From an uncultured Clostridium sp. (lineage in GTDB: Bacteria; Bacillota; Clostridia; TANB77; CAG-465): 46,582 nt of DNA. A model generated the notes under the pieces. It saw nothing but the letters and a program-made list of their open reading frames with translations. It made no database searches and was not told the origin of the DNA. This document shows, one piece after another, positions 25,082 to 34,438 of the stretch. The translations under genes were made by a program, and so were the position numbers. Position 1 is the stretch's first letter; each line of letters starts with the position of its first letter. Location of the stretch: the NCBI GenBank assembly GCA_964481385.1, contig CAYZTN010000002.1:1-46582 (forward strand). The letters run 5' to 3'.

Positions 25082-25693
25082 TTATTCTAATTGCCCCTCT
25101 CTTTTTTCTTTTATTCTAAATGGGAACTTTTTATCAAATTCTTCAAGTTCTTTCTGAACGATGTTATAACAGTCTGGATCGCTATACACACCACCTGTAA
25201 GATTAAACTTTTCCCTATTTAAAATACATATCATAAAGAATGGTAACTCCTCGCTTTTGTCCATTCCCTCATAGAAGATGTTGTATTTTGATGCACTTTC
25301 AAAACCATATTTTCTGTAATATTCTGGATTGCCTGTTATGACAATTTCATTAAACCCTAATTTAGTTGCTTTATCCATTGTATAGCGTATTATTTTTTCG
25401 CCATATCCTCGTTTTTGATATTCTGGTAAAACACTTACTGGTCCAAATAACAGTATTTCTTTATTTTTACCATTTTCTAATTTTAATTTTCCTTTTGCAT
25501 ATACAATGTTTGCAACAATCTTACCATCTTCTTCAATAACATAATCTAACTCTTTTACAAAGCATTTATCTTTCCTTAAATTATGTACAACTAGATGCTC
25601 AAAACAGCCTGGTCTATATACATTCCAAAAAGCTTCTCTTGTTAAGTTTTCAACTTCAAAATAGTCATGTTCATTTTCTAATCTAATTTCCAT
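25082..25693 (-). CDS. GNAT-family N-acetyltransferase
   Basis: The acetyl-CoA motif QKRGYGEKIIRYTMDKATKLGF in a 203-aa protein. Confidence 0.75.
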   Translation of the reverse strand: MEIRLENEHDYFEVENLTREAFWNVYRPGCFEHLVVHNLRKDKCFVKELDYVIEEDGKIVANIVYAKGKLKLENGKNKEILLFGPVSVLPEYQKRGYGEKIIRYTMDKATKLGFNEIVITGNPEYYRKYGFESASKYNIFYEGMDKSEELPFFMICILNREKFNLTGGVYSDPDCYNIVQKELEEFDKKFPFRIKEKREGQLE

Positions 25694-25882
25694 TTTTATA
25701 TTCCTCCATCCTAATTTTTAAAAAATTAAGACACTACGGATTCCAATACACATTTAATGAATTTATTCAAAAAAACCTCCAAATTTCATTTTATTAAATA
25801 TTACCATATTTTTTAGTAATTAGCAATCCATTTTACATAGAAATTACCAAAAGGATTATAAATTATATAGAAAAAAGAAGGC

Positions 25883-28051
25883 CTAAGCCTCCTCATTTTC
25901 ATTATCAACACTTTCTTTCTTCTTTCTTGTCACTTTTCTTTTAACAGGTGTGTCCTCAGTCAATGTTTCTTCTTTTTTCTTTCTTGGTTTTCTTACGCTC
26001 TCTTTCTTTTCTTTAACTACTTGTTCGAAGTTATCTTCAATAACTTTGTATAGCCAAGCTGCAGAGCCTGTATACCAAGTCCAACCACCACGTCCAATAT
26101 GTTCTGGGTTAGCGTAAACATCTGCTGCTACAACATATGGCTCTACCATATATATTTCTGCTTTTTCTTTGCTGTCTGAATGGTTTATAGGGTTTATAAT
26201 ATTTAGGATATCCATTGCTTTTTTAGGTTCACCTATTTCAAAATATGCTTTTGCAAGCCAAATTGCAGCGTGTGTATATTGTCCGCCATTTTCTCTTACG
26301 CCAGGAACATAAGACTTAATATATCCTGGGTTACGTTTTGGCTTATCAAATGGTGGATAAAGTAGTTTCACTATATTATGTTCTCTATCTACCAAATATT
26401 TTTCTGCATTTTCTAATGCTGACGCAATTTCGCATTTACAGTCTGGATAAGACTTTAAAGCAATAGCTGCCCAAGTTTGAGATATAAGGTCGATTTTACA
26501 TTCTTCACAGTCCATATCTCCCAAAGCTGTTCCATCTGCGTAATATGCACGAATAAAATACTCATCGTTATATCCGCTTTCAAATATAGCTTGTTTTAAT
26601 ATGTGACGCTCGCTTAAGAAGTGAAGTTTACCAACGTCATCTCCTCTGTACTCAGCAAGCCTTGAAAATCTGTCCAAAATATCCATCATAAATAGCGTAA
26701 GCCATACAGATTCACCACGTATATTGCTATATCCGTCACACCAGTCTCCATCTCCAATATCTAGCAAACCGTGTCTGCCTTTTCTAGACAAACCATAGTT
26801 TATTGCTCTAACTGCATGTTCATAAATTGTAGCTTCAACTTCTATCTCATTAAACACATCATATATTTCGCGTTTTGTATCTAACGGTTTATCTTCTAAA
26901 AACTTAGTTTTTTCGTCTAATATAGCTGTATCACCAGTTTTTTCTACATATTCACTTAAAGTATATGGTAACCACAAATAATCGTCACTAAATAGCGTCC
27001 TAATTCCAGCACCATTATGTTCATGCCACCAATGAAGCACATCACCTTGCTCAAATTGTTTCTTGCTATGCTTTATAATCTGAGCTTTTGTAAACTCTGG
27101 CCACGTCTTAATTAGTGCTAGTGAATCTTGTAACTGGTCACGAAAACCATATGCTCCACCTGCTTGGTATAGAGCAGTTCTAGCATAAAGCCTACATGCA
27201 ATACATTGGTAAAGTAGCCAACCATTAGCCATTATATCTAACTTGCCATTTCCAGTTTTAAAATTTTTAACAACTAAATTTCTCCAATATTTTTTAGTGT
27301 TATCATATTCAGAAGTAATTGAATTTTCATCTGCATACTTTTGTACGATTTCTTGTACTTTGGCTTCTCCCTCGTCAGTTGCACCAAAAATTATTGCAGC
27401 ATGCCTTGTTGTATTAGATTTCACTATAACTCTAAGTTTTACCACGTTTTGTTCTAAATCATACTCTACTGTTGACTTATCTTGTTCACCGTAAACATAT
27501 CCTTTTACATATGATACAACGTTATTAAAATACTCGCTATATGGGTTCTTGAAAAGAAGTGCACCATCATCTTCTTTAGATATTATATATCTCGCCGACA
27601 TTTCTTTAGCGTTTCCAAGTACCATGTCTAGTTTGTATTCAATTACTACTTCCTTATCTAAAGTTCTGTTATTTGTAAGGGAAATATATTGCACTTTAAG
27701 ATCGTCGTTTACCGGGATAAATATATCCATGTTTCTTTCTATATTGTTATTTTCACCCATAACTCTAACATAACCAAAACCATAGGTAAGATTATACCCT
27801 GTATCAAAAACGCCTCTGAATTCCTCTCCTGGCGAAAACGCGGCCCAATCATTACACCAAGAAGTTAATTTAAACTCACTAGCATTTTTGTAAAAGGAAT
27901 ATACAGTTCCATATGAGGAAATTACTGTACCAAACCTTGAATTGCTAAGTACATTGCACCAAGGCACAGGAGTATGAGTATTTAAAATCTCATACTCATC
28001 TCCTGACTCATTAAAACAACCATAATTATTAAATGCTCTTGTATTTTCCAT
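25883..28051 (-). CDS. GH94 glycoside phosphorylase-like protein, equivalent to the C-terminal domain of cyclic beta-1,2-glucan synthases
   Basis: The N-terminal FNESGDEYEILNTHTPVPWCNVLSN is the GH94 N-domain opening. FRDQLQDS, FSDDYLWLPY and GGWTWYTGSAAW are catalytic-barrel motifs. The protein ends in a Lys-rich tail. Confidence 0.8.
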   Translation of the reverse strand: MENTRAFNNYGCFNESGDEYEILNTHTPVPWCNVLSNSRFGTVISSYGTVYSFYKNASEFKLTSWCNDWAAFSPGEEFRGVFDTGYNLTYGFGYVRVMGENNNIERNMDIFIPVNDDLKVQYISLTNNRTLDKEVVIEYKLDMVLGNAKEMSARYIISKEDDGALLFKNPYSEYFNNVVSYVKGYVYGEQDKSTVEYDLEQNVVKLRVIVKSNTTRHAAIIFGATDEGEAKVQEIVQKYADENSITSEYDNTKKYWRNLVVKNFKTGNGKLDIMANGWLLYQCIACRLYARTALYQAGGAYGFRDQLQDSLALIKTWPEFTKAQIIKHSKKQFEQGDVLHWWHEHNGAGIRTLFSDDYLWLPYTLSEYVEKTGDTAILDEKTKFLEDKPLDTKREIYDVFNEIEVEATIYEHAVRAINYGLSRKGRHGLLDIGDGDWCDGYSNIRGESVWLTLFMMDILDRFSRLAEYRGDDVGKLHFLSERHILKQAIFESGYNDEYFIRAYYADGTALGDMDCEECKIDLISQTWAAIALKSYPDCKCEIASALENAEKYLVDREHNIVKLLYPPFDKPKRNPGYIKSYVPGVRENGGQYTHAAIWLAKAYFEIGEPKKAMDILNIINPINHSDSKEKAEIYMVEPYVVAADVYANPEHIGRGGWTWYTGSAAWLYKVIEDNFEQVVKEKKESVRKPRKKKEETLTEDTPVKRKVTRKKKESVDNENEEA

Positions 28052-31000
28052 TTAACTCACCTCATGTGTATCTTCGTTAGCATTTTCACTAACATTTATC
28101 TTTGATATACCGTCTCTAAATATGTCTATGTCGTCTATTTTAAATCTAGACACAAAATCGAATAAGTCTTTTTCATTTTCATTTAATGACTCCAAATTTA
28201 CAACGTATATATTTCCCCTAGTATGTGATGTGTAAACAACTTTAGATAATATTTCTTCGATATGTGTTTTTATAGGTTCACCACTATATAGTTCTTCGTT
28301 TACAGTAAGCACTACATCTAGATCAAGCTTTCTAGATTTTACATAGTCCATAAAGCTAATTACTTCTTTTACCATGCTTGAATCTTCTATTCTTCCTATG
28401 TTTACCGTAATTATTGGTAAATCTCCAGATATTCCAAATCTCCAAAGCATTGACTGACTATATTTTTTATCCCAGAATATACTGTTTTTAGTATGCTCTT
28501 TAAATAGAGTCTCAGCTACAATGTAATTATATGTTTTAGCTTTACCATCTTTAAGTTTTAAATATTTTGCTAAAATATTTTCTTTTTGGTCAGCAAATGC
28601 AATTTGTTTATCTAAGGTATTTTTGTCCGCATTTACTATTGTATGAGTTATGTCATAACGACGAGTTGCTGCTCCCACTATATAATAGAAAGTCTGAGTT
28701 TCTTTTGGATCTAAATATATATGTGCTTTGTATGCCATTACAGGCCATAATGGATATTTTATAAACACTCCATCAAACGCTGCTTTTCCGTCATTTTGAG
28801 TAAGCTTTATTTTTTCTGTTTCCGCTTCAGGCTCAATGTCTATTCCTACAAGCTTGCTATATACATAGAAGTCTGCGTTATTTGCGTCATTTGTTCTTGA
28901 ACGTTTTGTAGCTATTATAGCTTTTAAGTTTTCGTCATATTCTTCCTCTATAAGAAGACTATTAAATGCTGGATGAATAATATTTGCTGCGTCCCCTACC
29001 ATAGCAAGTTCAAGTTCTGTGTTTATTACTATTTCACGGCGTACGTCTGACATGTTAAATAGCGTTACTTTTCTTATCTCCATATCATACTCAGGAGAGA
29101 CAACAACTTCTGTTGTGGTTTCTATTTCGCCATCACGTCTCATGTATTTTGTGCAAGACAAGGATGCTGCATATGAATAGCTGTCTGGCGTGCTGTAATT
29201 TGGAAGAAGTGTTCCTGACCAAATCTTTCCGCTAGTTCTATCTGTAAATATCATATTATTGCCAAGTGTAGTTTTATCTACATATCTATTTTTAGTAATA
29301 GCTTGTGAATTGTAATACATATAGTTTCTTCCGTTATATAGCTCGATTGTACTTAATCTACCATTTGTATGCATAGACATCGTTATGTCTTTATTTTCGT
29401 TTTCCGTACCAAGTGCCTCATAAGATACAAAACTTGTAAATTCTTCTCTTGCTGGCTCTTTATATGTATTTTCCTTAGACTTACTGCTTTCTTTTAGCAT
29501 TACAGTAAGTGGTACTCTTTCTTTTAACAATATATCTGCTGCGTCTATATTAGGATTTGCATGAAATCTTTCTTTTATAACTTCGTTATTTATGTAGTTA
29601 TTTATTGCTGTAAGAATCATTCCTTGATGGTGTGCCATATATGTTCTTACTACTTCATACTTTTTATCCTTAGCAATATGTGCTTTTGTAAAGTCTATCG
29701 CTTCATAAAAGCCATATGTTGAATATGAATTGTATTTTTTTAGATTACGTATATTGCTATATACTTTCTTTGGTGAATAATCTAAACATAATATTGAAGA
29801 ATATGGAGATACTACCATACTATCATTTAAACCTCTCTTTAGTCCAAGCCAAGGCGTTCCAAATGCTTTATACTGGTAATTTTGCTCATTATCTTGAACT
29901 GCAAATGCTGATTCAGATACTCCCCAAGGCACTCCTGCAGTTTTTGCATACTTAATCTGACTATCAACTGAAAATGATAATGCTTCATCAATCAAAGTAT
30001 AATTATATGTTTTTGTAAATAGGTTTGGCATAAAGTATTCAAATGAAGTCCCACTCCAAGATAAAAGCCCTTTCTTACCATCAACCTTTACCAAGTTCCT
30101 AGCTAAGTTAAACCAGTGTTTTGATGTTACGTCAGATACTGCAATTGCAATTAAACTTGTTAGACGAGATTCACTCATCAACATATCATAATAGCTATCT
30201 GCAAGATGGGCTTTTTCTACATCATAACCTATAGAAAATATATTTCTAGATTTTACGTAAAGCAGTGAGAAGTCAGTATTCTTCATTATATCTTCACAAA
30301 TTGCTTTTAAACTTAACATCTTTTCTTTTAAACTATCTATTACAACTTTAGTGTTTAAAAGAGTATCTAAAAACTCATTTACAACATATACACATGCTAC
30401 AAAGTTTCCGCTATCTACTGTAGATACAAATCTAGGCCTTAATGGTTCAAGTGTTACTATATTATACCAGTTATATAAATGGCCATGCCATTTTTCTAAT
30501 TTAGTAATAGTGTTAAATGTTTTTCCTAATTTATCTATTGCAGCGTCAAGTGTAATATAGTCTAAGTCATAAGCATTAACTACTGCAAGCAAGCCATATC
30601 CAATATTTGTTGATGAAGTTCTATTTACAACTTTAGGACGTCTGTTTTCTTGAAAGTTATCTGGTGGTAAAAAATTATTTACATCGTTCATGAATGTATC
30701 AAAATACTTCCAAGTTCTCTCGCCTATTTCTATAATTTCTTTTTTCTCTTTATCGGCTAGCTTGTTCTTACCACTAAATATAACTTTTTTGCTCATCATA
30801 TATGCTGCATATGGAGCAATTAGCATAAATGAACCAACTACTAACATTAAAATATTGTTTGCGCTATTTAATCCAAGCATTATACTTAATCCCATAAAAA
30901 ATGCTGCAGCAACTACATTTGGCCACATGTTTTTATATACATAACTTAGCTTTTCTTTTGCACTCTTTTCTATAGTTTCCGCTGTAGCCCATTCAAGAAG

Positions 31001-33598
31001 TTTTTTCTTTGATATTAACATACGATATAAAGAAGTTACAAATGCATTTAACACCACCCACGATTTATATGGTACCGTAACTATGTTTTCAACCATCTTT
31101 AATAAGTTAGCTCTGAGTCCAAAGATAACTGGAATATATTGTTTTTGCTTTCTTTCTGCATTTTTACCAAAAACTATACCATTTAAAGTAGAATATAAAT
31201 ATCCTAAATTCATAGTTACAAATGTAATAATAGTAGCTTGTGTGAAAGTGTCTCCTGGCATAAACGCAGCTATTATTAACACGATTAAAGCTACTACTGG
31301 AAGGAGTTCACGTCTTAAATTATCGAAAATTTTCCACCTTGATAATAAAGATAAACCGCTCTTTGGTTTAAAAATCCATGAAGAAATTTGCATGTCTCCT
31401 CTAAACCATCTATGATTTCTCTTAGTATATGCTATAAAGTTTGATGGGAAGCCGTCTTGTACTTCTACGTCAGAAGCAAGTCCTGTTCTCATAAAGCTTC
31501 CTTCAAGAAGATCGTGACTTAGGATTAAGTTTTCAGGCACTTTATTTCCTATAAGCTCATCGAATAACGCAATATCGTATATTCCTTTTCCTGTATATAT
31601 TGCCTCTCCGAACAAGTCTTGATACAAATTAGACACGGCATTTGTGTATATGTCTAAGCCTCCAAATCCGCCAAACACTTTAGAGAATATGCTACTGTTT
31701 GCTGCCTCTATATCAAGACCGACTGCTGGTTGTATAAGGCCATAACCAGATTTAACTATTTTGCCATTTTTAGAAAGTATCGGTTTGTTTAATGGGTGTG
31801 ATATAATTGCAACTAACTCTTTAGCTGAGTTTAAAGAAAGTGATGTATCCTCATCTATCGTTAGTACATATTTTACATGTGGTAAGTCTCTATGTGCTAT
31901 ATACATTGCGTCTTCTATTTGCTGCTCAGTAAGCTTTCCTAAAAGCAAGGAATTTAACTCAGTTAACGCACCACGTTTTCTTTCCCAGCCCATATAGCAT
32001 TCCTCTCCCGTACTATACACTCTTTTTCTATATATAAAGTTAAATAACTTTGTTTCAGATGGATATTTCGCATTTAATTCTTCTATTTTTTTATTTCCAT
32101 ATGCTACAATTTTAGCGTCCATATCTACAACTTTTTCTGGCTTTGATACACAGTCACCTAGCAACATATAATACATATTTTGAGAACGGTTAGCAAGATA
32201 AGTTATCTCCATCTTTTTAACCATTTTGTCTATCTTTTCAATAGAGTTTATAACCGTAGGCATTGCAATAAGTGTACTATGTTCCTCATCTATTGTTTTT
32301 GCAAAATTGAATCTTGGCAACACCTTAGGCCTAATTAGTTTTCCAACAAGATAGCATATTGTTTTATCTGAAACTTCTAAGCCAAATGCAAAAAACATAA
32401 TATCAAATATAATTCTTAAAACAATACTAAATTTTGATGCAAATATGTAATCTAGACCCCATGTAACTAAACTAGACAATACCATTGTTGTCATCACATG
32501 TATAATTGGCATATTTGGTTTTATAACTTTTTGCTTAAAATTAAGCCACAAAGTACTTTTACCAAGAGCTTTTATAAGCACAGCTTTATCTTCGCCTATT
32601 AAAAAATGTCCCACATGCTTTTCATGTTTTTCTGAACATTCCACAACTTTTTTAGCAATGTACATCTCAGACACATCATATTTTTTAGCAAGTCGTATTA
32701 CTTCGCCTCTATACCTTCCTTTAGTTTTGTGGTCACATCTTTTATATTCGTCTGTATAATCTTGAAGTAATATTTCATCAATTCTATTTACATTTATTAA
32801 AACCTCTTCCCAGTTAGTAGCAGCTATTGTCTTAAGAGATGTTATAGCGTTTGCCATAAAGCTTGTTACTTTTGCAATCTCACTATGTTCTTTCTCAATA
32901 GCCTCATCGACCGTAAAACCTACTTTGTTTGTTTCATCTTTTAATTCTGTTAAATAGTCATCTCCGGCTTTTCCTAAATCCTTAAGTCTAAATGCAAGAT
33001 ACTCAATATATGCTGTATTAGCACTTTTTATACTGTTATTGTTTGTCATCAAATCTTTCTTTAATTTACCTAAACTTTTAAATGACTTATTTGAAATCTT
33101 ATCTAATTTTTTTGATATATCCCTATTATATTTTTTTTCCACTCTTAATTTTTGCATTTGAGAATTAAAAATATTGGCGGCAAGTCTTTTAGTAAACTTA
33201 ATTACAGCTATTCTCAACATTATTGGAAAATACGATAATTCATCATACGTTACATATGTGTATTTTTGAAATTCTTTCAAATAATTACTTACAATACCAT
33301 CATCTATTACTCCCAAATTTTTTTCAGTAACTTCATTTGCCATGAAACCAATTCTAAGTTGAGTTTTACCATCATTTGTTTTAACATTTGTGAAAGATAA
33401 GTCAACAGTTTCCGCAATTATATTTTTTGCCATTTTATATTCTTTTTCTATAACATAAAAGTTATCTAATAACCATTGGCCCGCAGGATGTGTCGGAATC
33501 TTGTTTTCAGCAGTCATATTAAGTAAATCATATGTTGCTTTAATTACCTTAAAATCATTTTTTAAATTAAAATATATATCTAATAAATATTCTTGCAT
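28052..33598 (-). CDS. cyclic beta-1,2-glucan synthase-like protein (GT84 transferase, TM region and glucoamylase-like/cyclase region)
   Basis: WERKRGALTELN, ILSHDLLEG, RNHRWFRGDMQ, VDSGNFVA, YGFYEAIDFT and AHHQGM are motifs of ChvB/NdvB/Cgs-type synthases. ATG 33598 lies 7 nt after AGGAGA, and the track start is a TTG upstream of that SD. Confidence 0.85.
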   Translation of the reverse strand: MQEYLLDIYFNLKNDFKVIKATYDLLNMTAENKIPTHPAGQWLLDNFYVIEKEYKMAKNIIAETVDLSFTNVKTNDGKTQLRIGFMANEVTEKNLGVIDDGIVSNYLKEFQKYTYVTYDELSYFPIMLRIAVIKFTKRLAANIFNSQMQKLRVEKKYNRDISKKLDKISNKSFKSLGKLKKDLMTNNNSIKSANTAYIEYLAFRLKDLGKAGDDYLTELKDETNKVGFTVDEAIEKEHSEIAKVTSFMANAITSLKTIAATNWEEVLINVNRIDEILLQDYTDEYKRCDHKTKGRYRGEVIRLAKKYDVSEMYIAKKVVECSEKHEKHVGHFLIGEDKAVLIKALGKSTLWLNFKQKVIKPNMPIIHVMTTMVLSSLVTWGLDYIFASKFSIVLRIIFDIMFFAFGLEVSDKTICYLVGKLIRPKVLPRFNFAKTIDEEHSTLIAMPTVINSIEKIDKMVKKMEITYLANRSQNMYYMLLGDCVSKPEKVVDMDAKIVAYGNKKIEELNAKYPSETKLFNFIYRKRVYSTGEECYMGWERKRGALTELNSLLLGKLTEQQIEDAMYIAHRDLPHVKYVLTIDEDTSLSLNSAKELVAIISHPLNKPILSKNGKIVKSGYGLIQPAVGLDIEAANSSIFSKVFGGFGGLDIYTNAVSNLYQDLFGEAIYTGKGIYDIALFDELIGNKVPENLILSHDLLEGSFMRTGLASDVEVQDGFPSNFIAYTKRNHRWFRGDMQISSWIFKPKSGLSLLSRWKIFDNLRRELLPVVALIVLIIAAFMPGDTFTQATIITFVTMNLGYLYSTLNGIVFGKNAERKQKQYIPVIFGLRANLLKMVENIVTVPYKSWVVLNAFVTSLYRMLISKKKLLEWATAETIEKSAKEKLSYVYKNMWPNVVAAAFFMGLSIMLGLNSANNILMLVVGSFMLIAPYAAYMMSKKVIFSGKNKLADKEKKEIIEIGERTWKYFDTFMNDVNNFLPPDNFQENRRPKVVNRTSSTNIGYGLLAVVNAYDLDYITLDAAIDKLGKTFNTITKLEKWHGHLYNWYNIVTLEPLRPRFVSTVDSGNFVACVYVVNEFLDTLLNTKVVIDSLKEKMLSLKAICEDIMKNTDFSLLYVKSRNIFSIGYDVEKAHLADSYYDMLMSESRLTSLIAIAVSDVTSKHWFNLARNLVKVDGKKGLLSWSGTSFEYFMPNLFTKTYNYTLIDEALSFSVDSQIKYAKTAGVPWGVSESAFAVQDNEQNYQYKAFGTPWLGLKRGLNDSMVVSPYSSILCLDYSPKKVYSNIRNLKKYNSYSTYGFYEAIDFTKAHIAKDKKYEVVRTYMAHHQGMILTAINNYINNEVIKERFHANPNIDAADILLKERVPLTVMLKESSKSKENTYKEPAREEFTSFVSYEALGTENENKDITMSMHTNGRLSTIELYNGRNYMYYNSQAITKNRYVDKTTLGNNMIFTDRTSGKIWSGTLLPNYSTPDSYSYAASLSCTKYMRRDGEIETTTEVVVSPEYDMEIRKVTLFNMSDVRREIVINTELELAMVGDAANIIHPAFNSLLIEEEYDENLKAIIATKRSRTNDANNADFYVYSKLVGIDIEPEAETEKIKLTQNDGKAAFDGVFIKYPLWPVMAYKAHIYLDPKETQTFYYIVGAATRRYDITHTIVNADKNTLDKQIAFADQKENILAKYLKLKDGKAKTYNYIVAETLFKEHTKNSIFWDKKYSQSMLWRFGISGDLPIITVNIGRIEDSSMVKEVISFMDYVKSRKLDLDVVLTVNEELYSGEPIKTHIEEILSKVVYTSHTRGNIYVVNLESLNENEKDLFDFVSRFKIDDIDIFRDGISKINVSENANEDTHEVS

Positions 33599-33633
33599 AA
33601 AATTTTCTCCTAAATTCAATATAATTTACCCAC

Positions 33634-33662
33634 ATTATATAATAAATATCTTCAATATTCAA
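33634..33662 (-). promoter_or_regulatory. promoter of the glucan synthase operon, TTGAAT-17 bp-TATAAT
   Basis: On the minus strand, TTGAAT lies at 33662-33657 and TATAAT at 33639-33634. Confidence 0.55.
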
Positions 33663-33664
33663 GC

Positions 33665-33697
33665 CCTATTTTATACATAAATTATGTATAAAATAGG
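33665..33697. repeat. perfect palindrome with 15-bp arms, CCTATTTTATACATA-AAT-TATGTATAAAATAGG
   Basis: Read directly. It abuts the -35 of the glucan synthase promoter. Confidence 0.8.
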
Positions 33698-33698
33698 T

Positions 33699-33732
33699 AA
33701 AAAAATAGCTACCAATTTGGTAGCTATTTTTT
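33699..33732 (-). terminator. terminator of the ClpP-like gene (bidirectional shape)
   Basis: A 10-bp stem ATAGCTACCA / TGGTAGCTAT with loop ATT, flanked by A- and T-runs. Confidence 0.7.
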
Positions 33733-33735
33733 ACC

Positions 33736-34368
33736 TTAAAGCGGTAATTCACTAAATTTTTTAAATACATTAGTAGAAATACCATACTTCGCAACTTCTT
33801 CAGTTTTGAATTTGGTATCCTCCAAAGACTTGAAAATTTCGTTTAGTTTTTCTTTCGGAATTTTGGTTCTTTTCATAATTATTTTCTTGTATTCATTCTG
33901 ACTGTTTTCAAAGCTATTGGCAATCTTTCTAACCTCAGTAGTCTGCATTTGATTTTCTGTTTGAATATATGCTCGGACTTGATGCAAAACATATGTTGTA
34001 TCCTTTAAAAAATATCTTTTCTCACCTAAAGCAAACAAAAGACAAGCAGAACTACAACATTTGTTAAACGCCACTGTAATTATTTTGTTATCCATTGCAG
34101 ACAACAAATTGTACGTATCCATAGTTGCATTCAAATCTCCACCGCATGAATCTATGAGAAGTACAATATCAATTGGATTTTTGGTTATTATAAACTCTAA
34201 TAATATGTTGGAAACAAAACTATAAAATTCTTCCTCAATTACTTCTGGTACACGTATAAAAACCTTATCCTCTGTTGTCCATACGCTATTTTGTAACAAC
34301 TGTTGCTCATTTTCTCGTTCTAATGATCCTTCACATACCCGTGACCCTAAAATCATTTTGTCTTTCAT
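33736..34368 (-). CDS. divergent ClpP-like (peptidase S14 family) serine protease
   Basis: It aligns by eye to the window's own ClpP: IDSCGGDLNA vs [22 protein letters not shown] vs [12 protein letters not shown] (Ser kept), VLHQV vs MIHQP (His kept), LEDTKFKTEEVAKYGI vs [16 protein letters not shown] (Asp kept). ATG 34368 follows AGGAGG. Confidence 0.6.
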   Translation of the reverse strand: MKDKMILGSRVCEGSLERENEQQLLQNSVWTTEDKVFIRVPEVIEEEFYSFVSNILLEFIITKNPIDIVLLIDSCGGDLNATMDTYNLLSAMDNKIITVAFNKCCSSACLLFALGEKRYFLKDTTYVLHQVRAYIQTENQMQTTEVRKIANSFENSQNEYKKIIMKRTKIPKEKLNEIFKSLEDTKFKTEEVAKYGISTNVFKKFSELPL

Positions 34369-34438
34369 ATTAGCTTTTCCTCCTAACAAAATTATTTATC
34401 AAGTAAAACTTTAAGCTATATATATTATATCATGCTTG

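Noticed and set aside
28040-28070. The glucan synthase split as a sequencing frameshift or pseudogene.
   Set aside because: The junction is a clean TAA immediately followed by ATG, with a well-placed SD (GAGGTGA). The downstream ORF begins exactly at a GH94 domain start, and both ORFs are long and uninterrupted.
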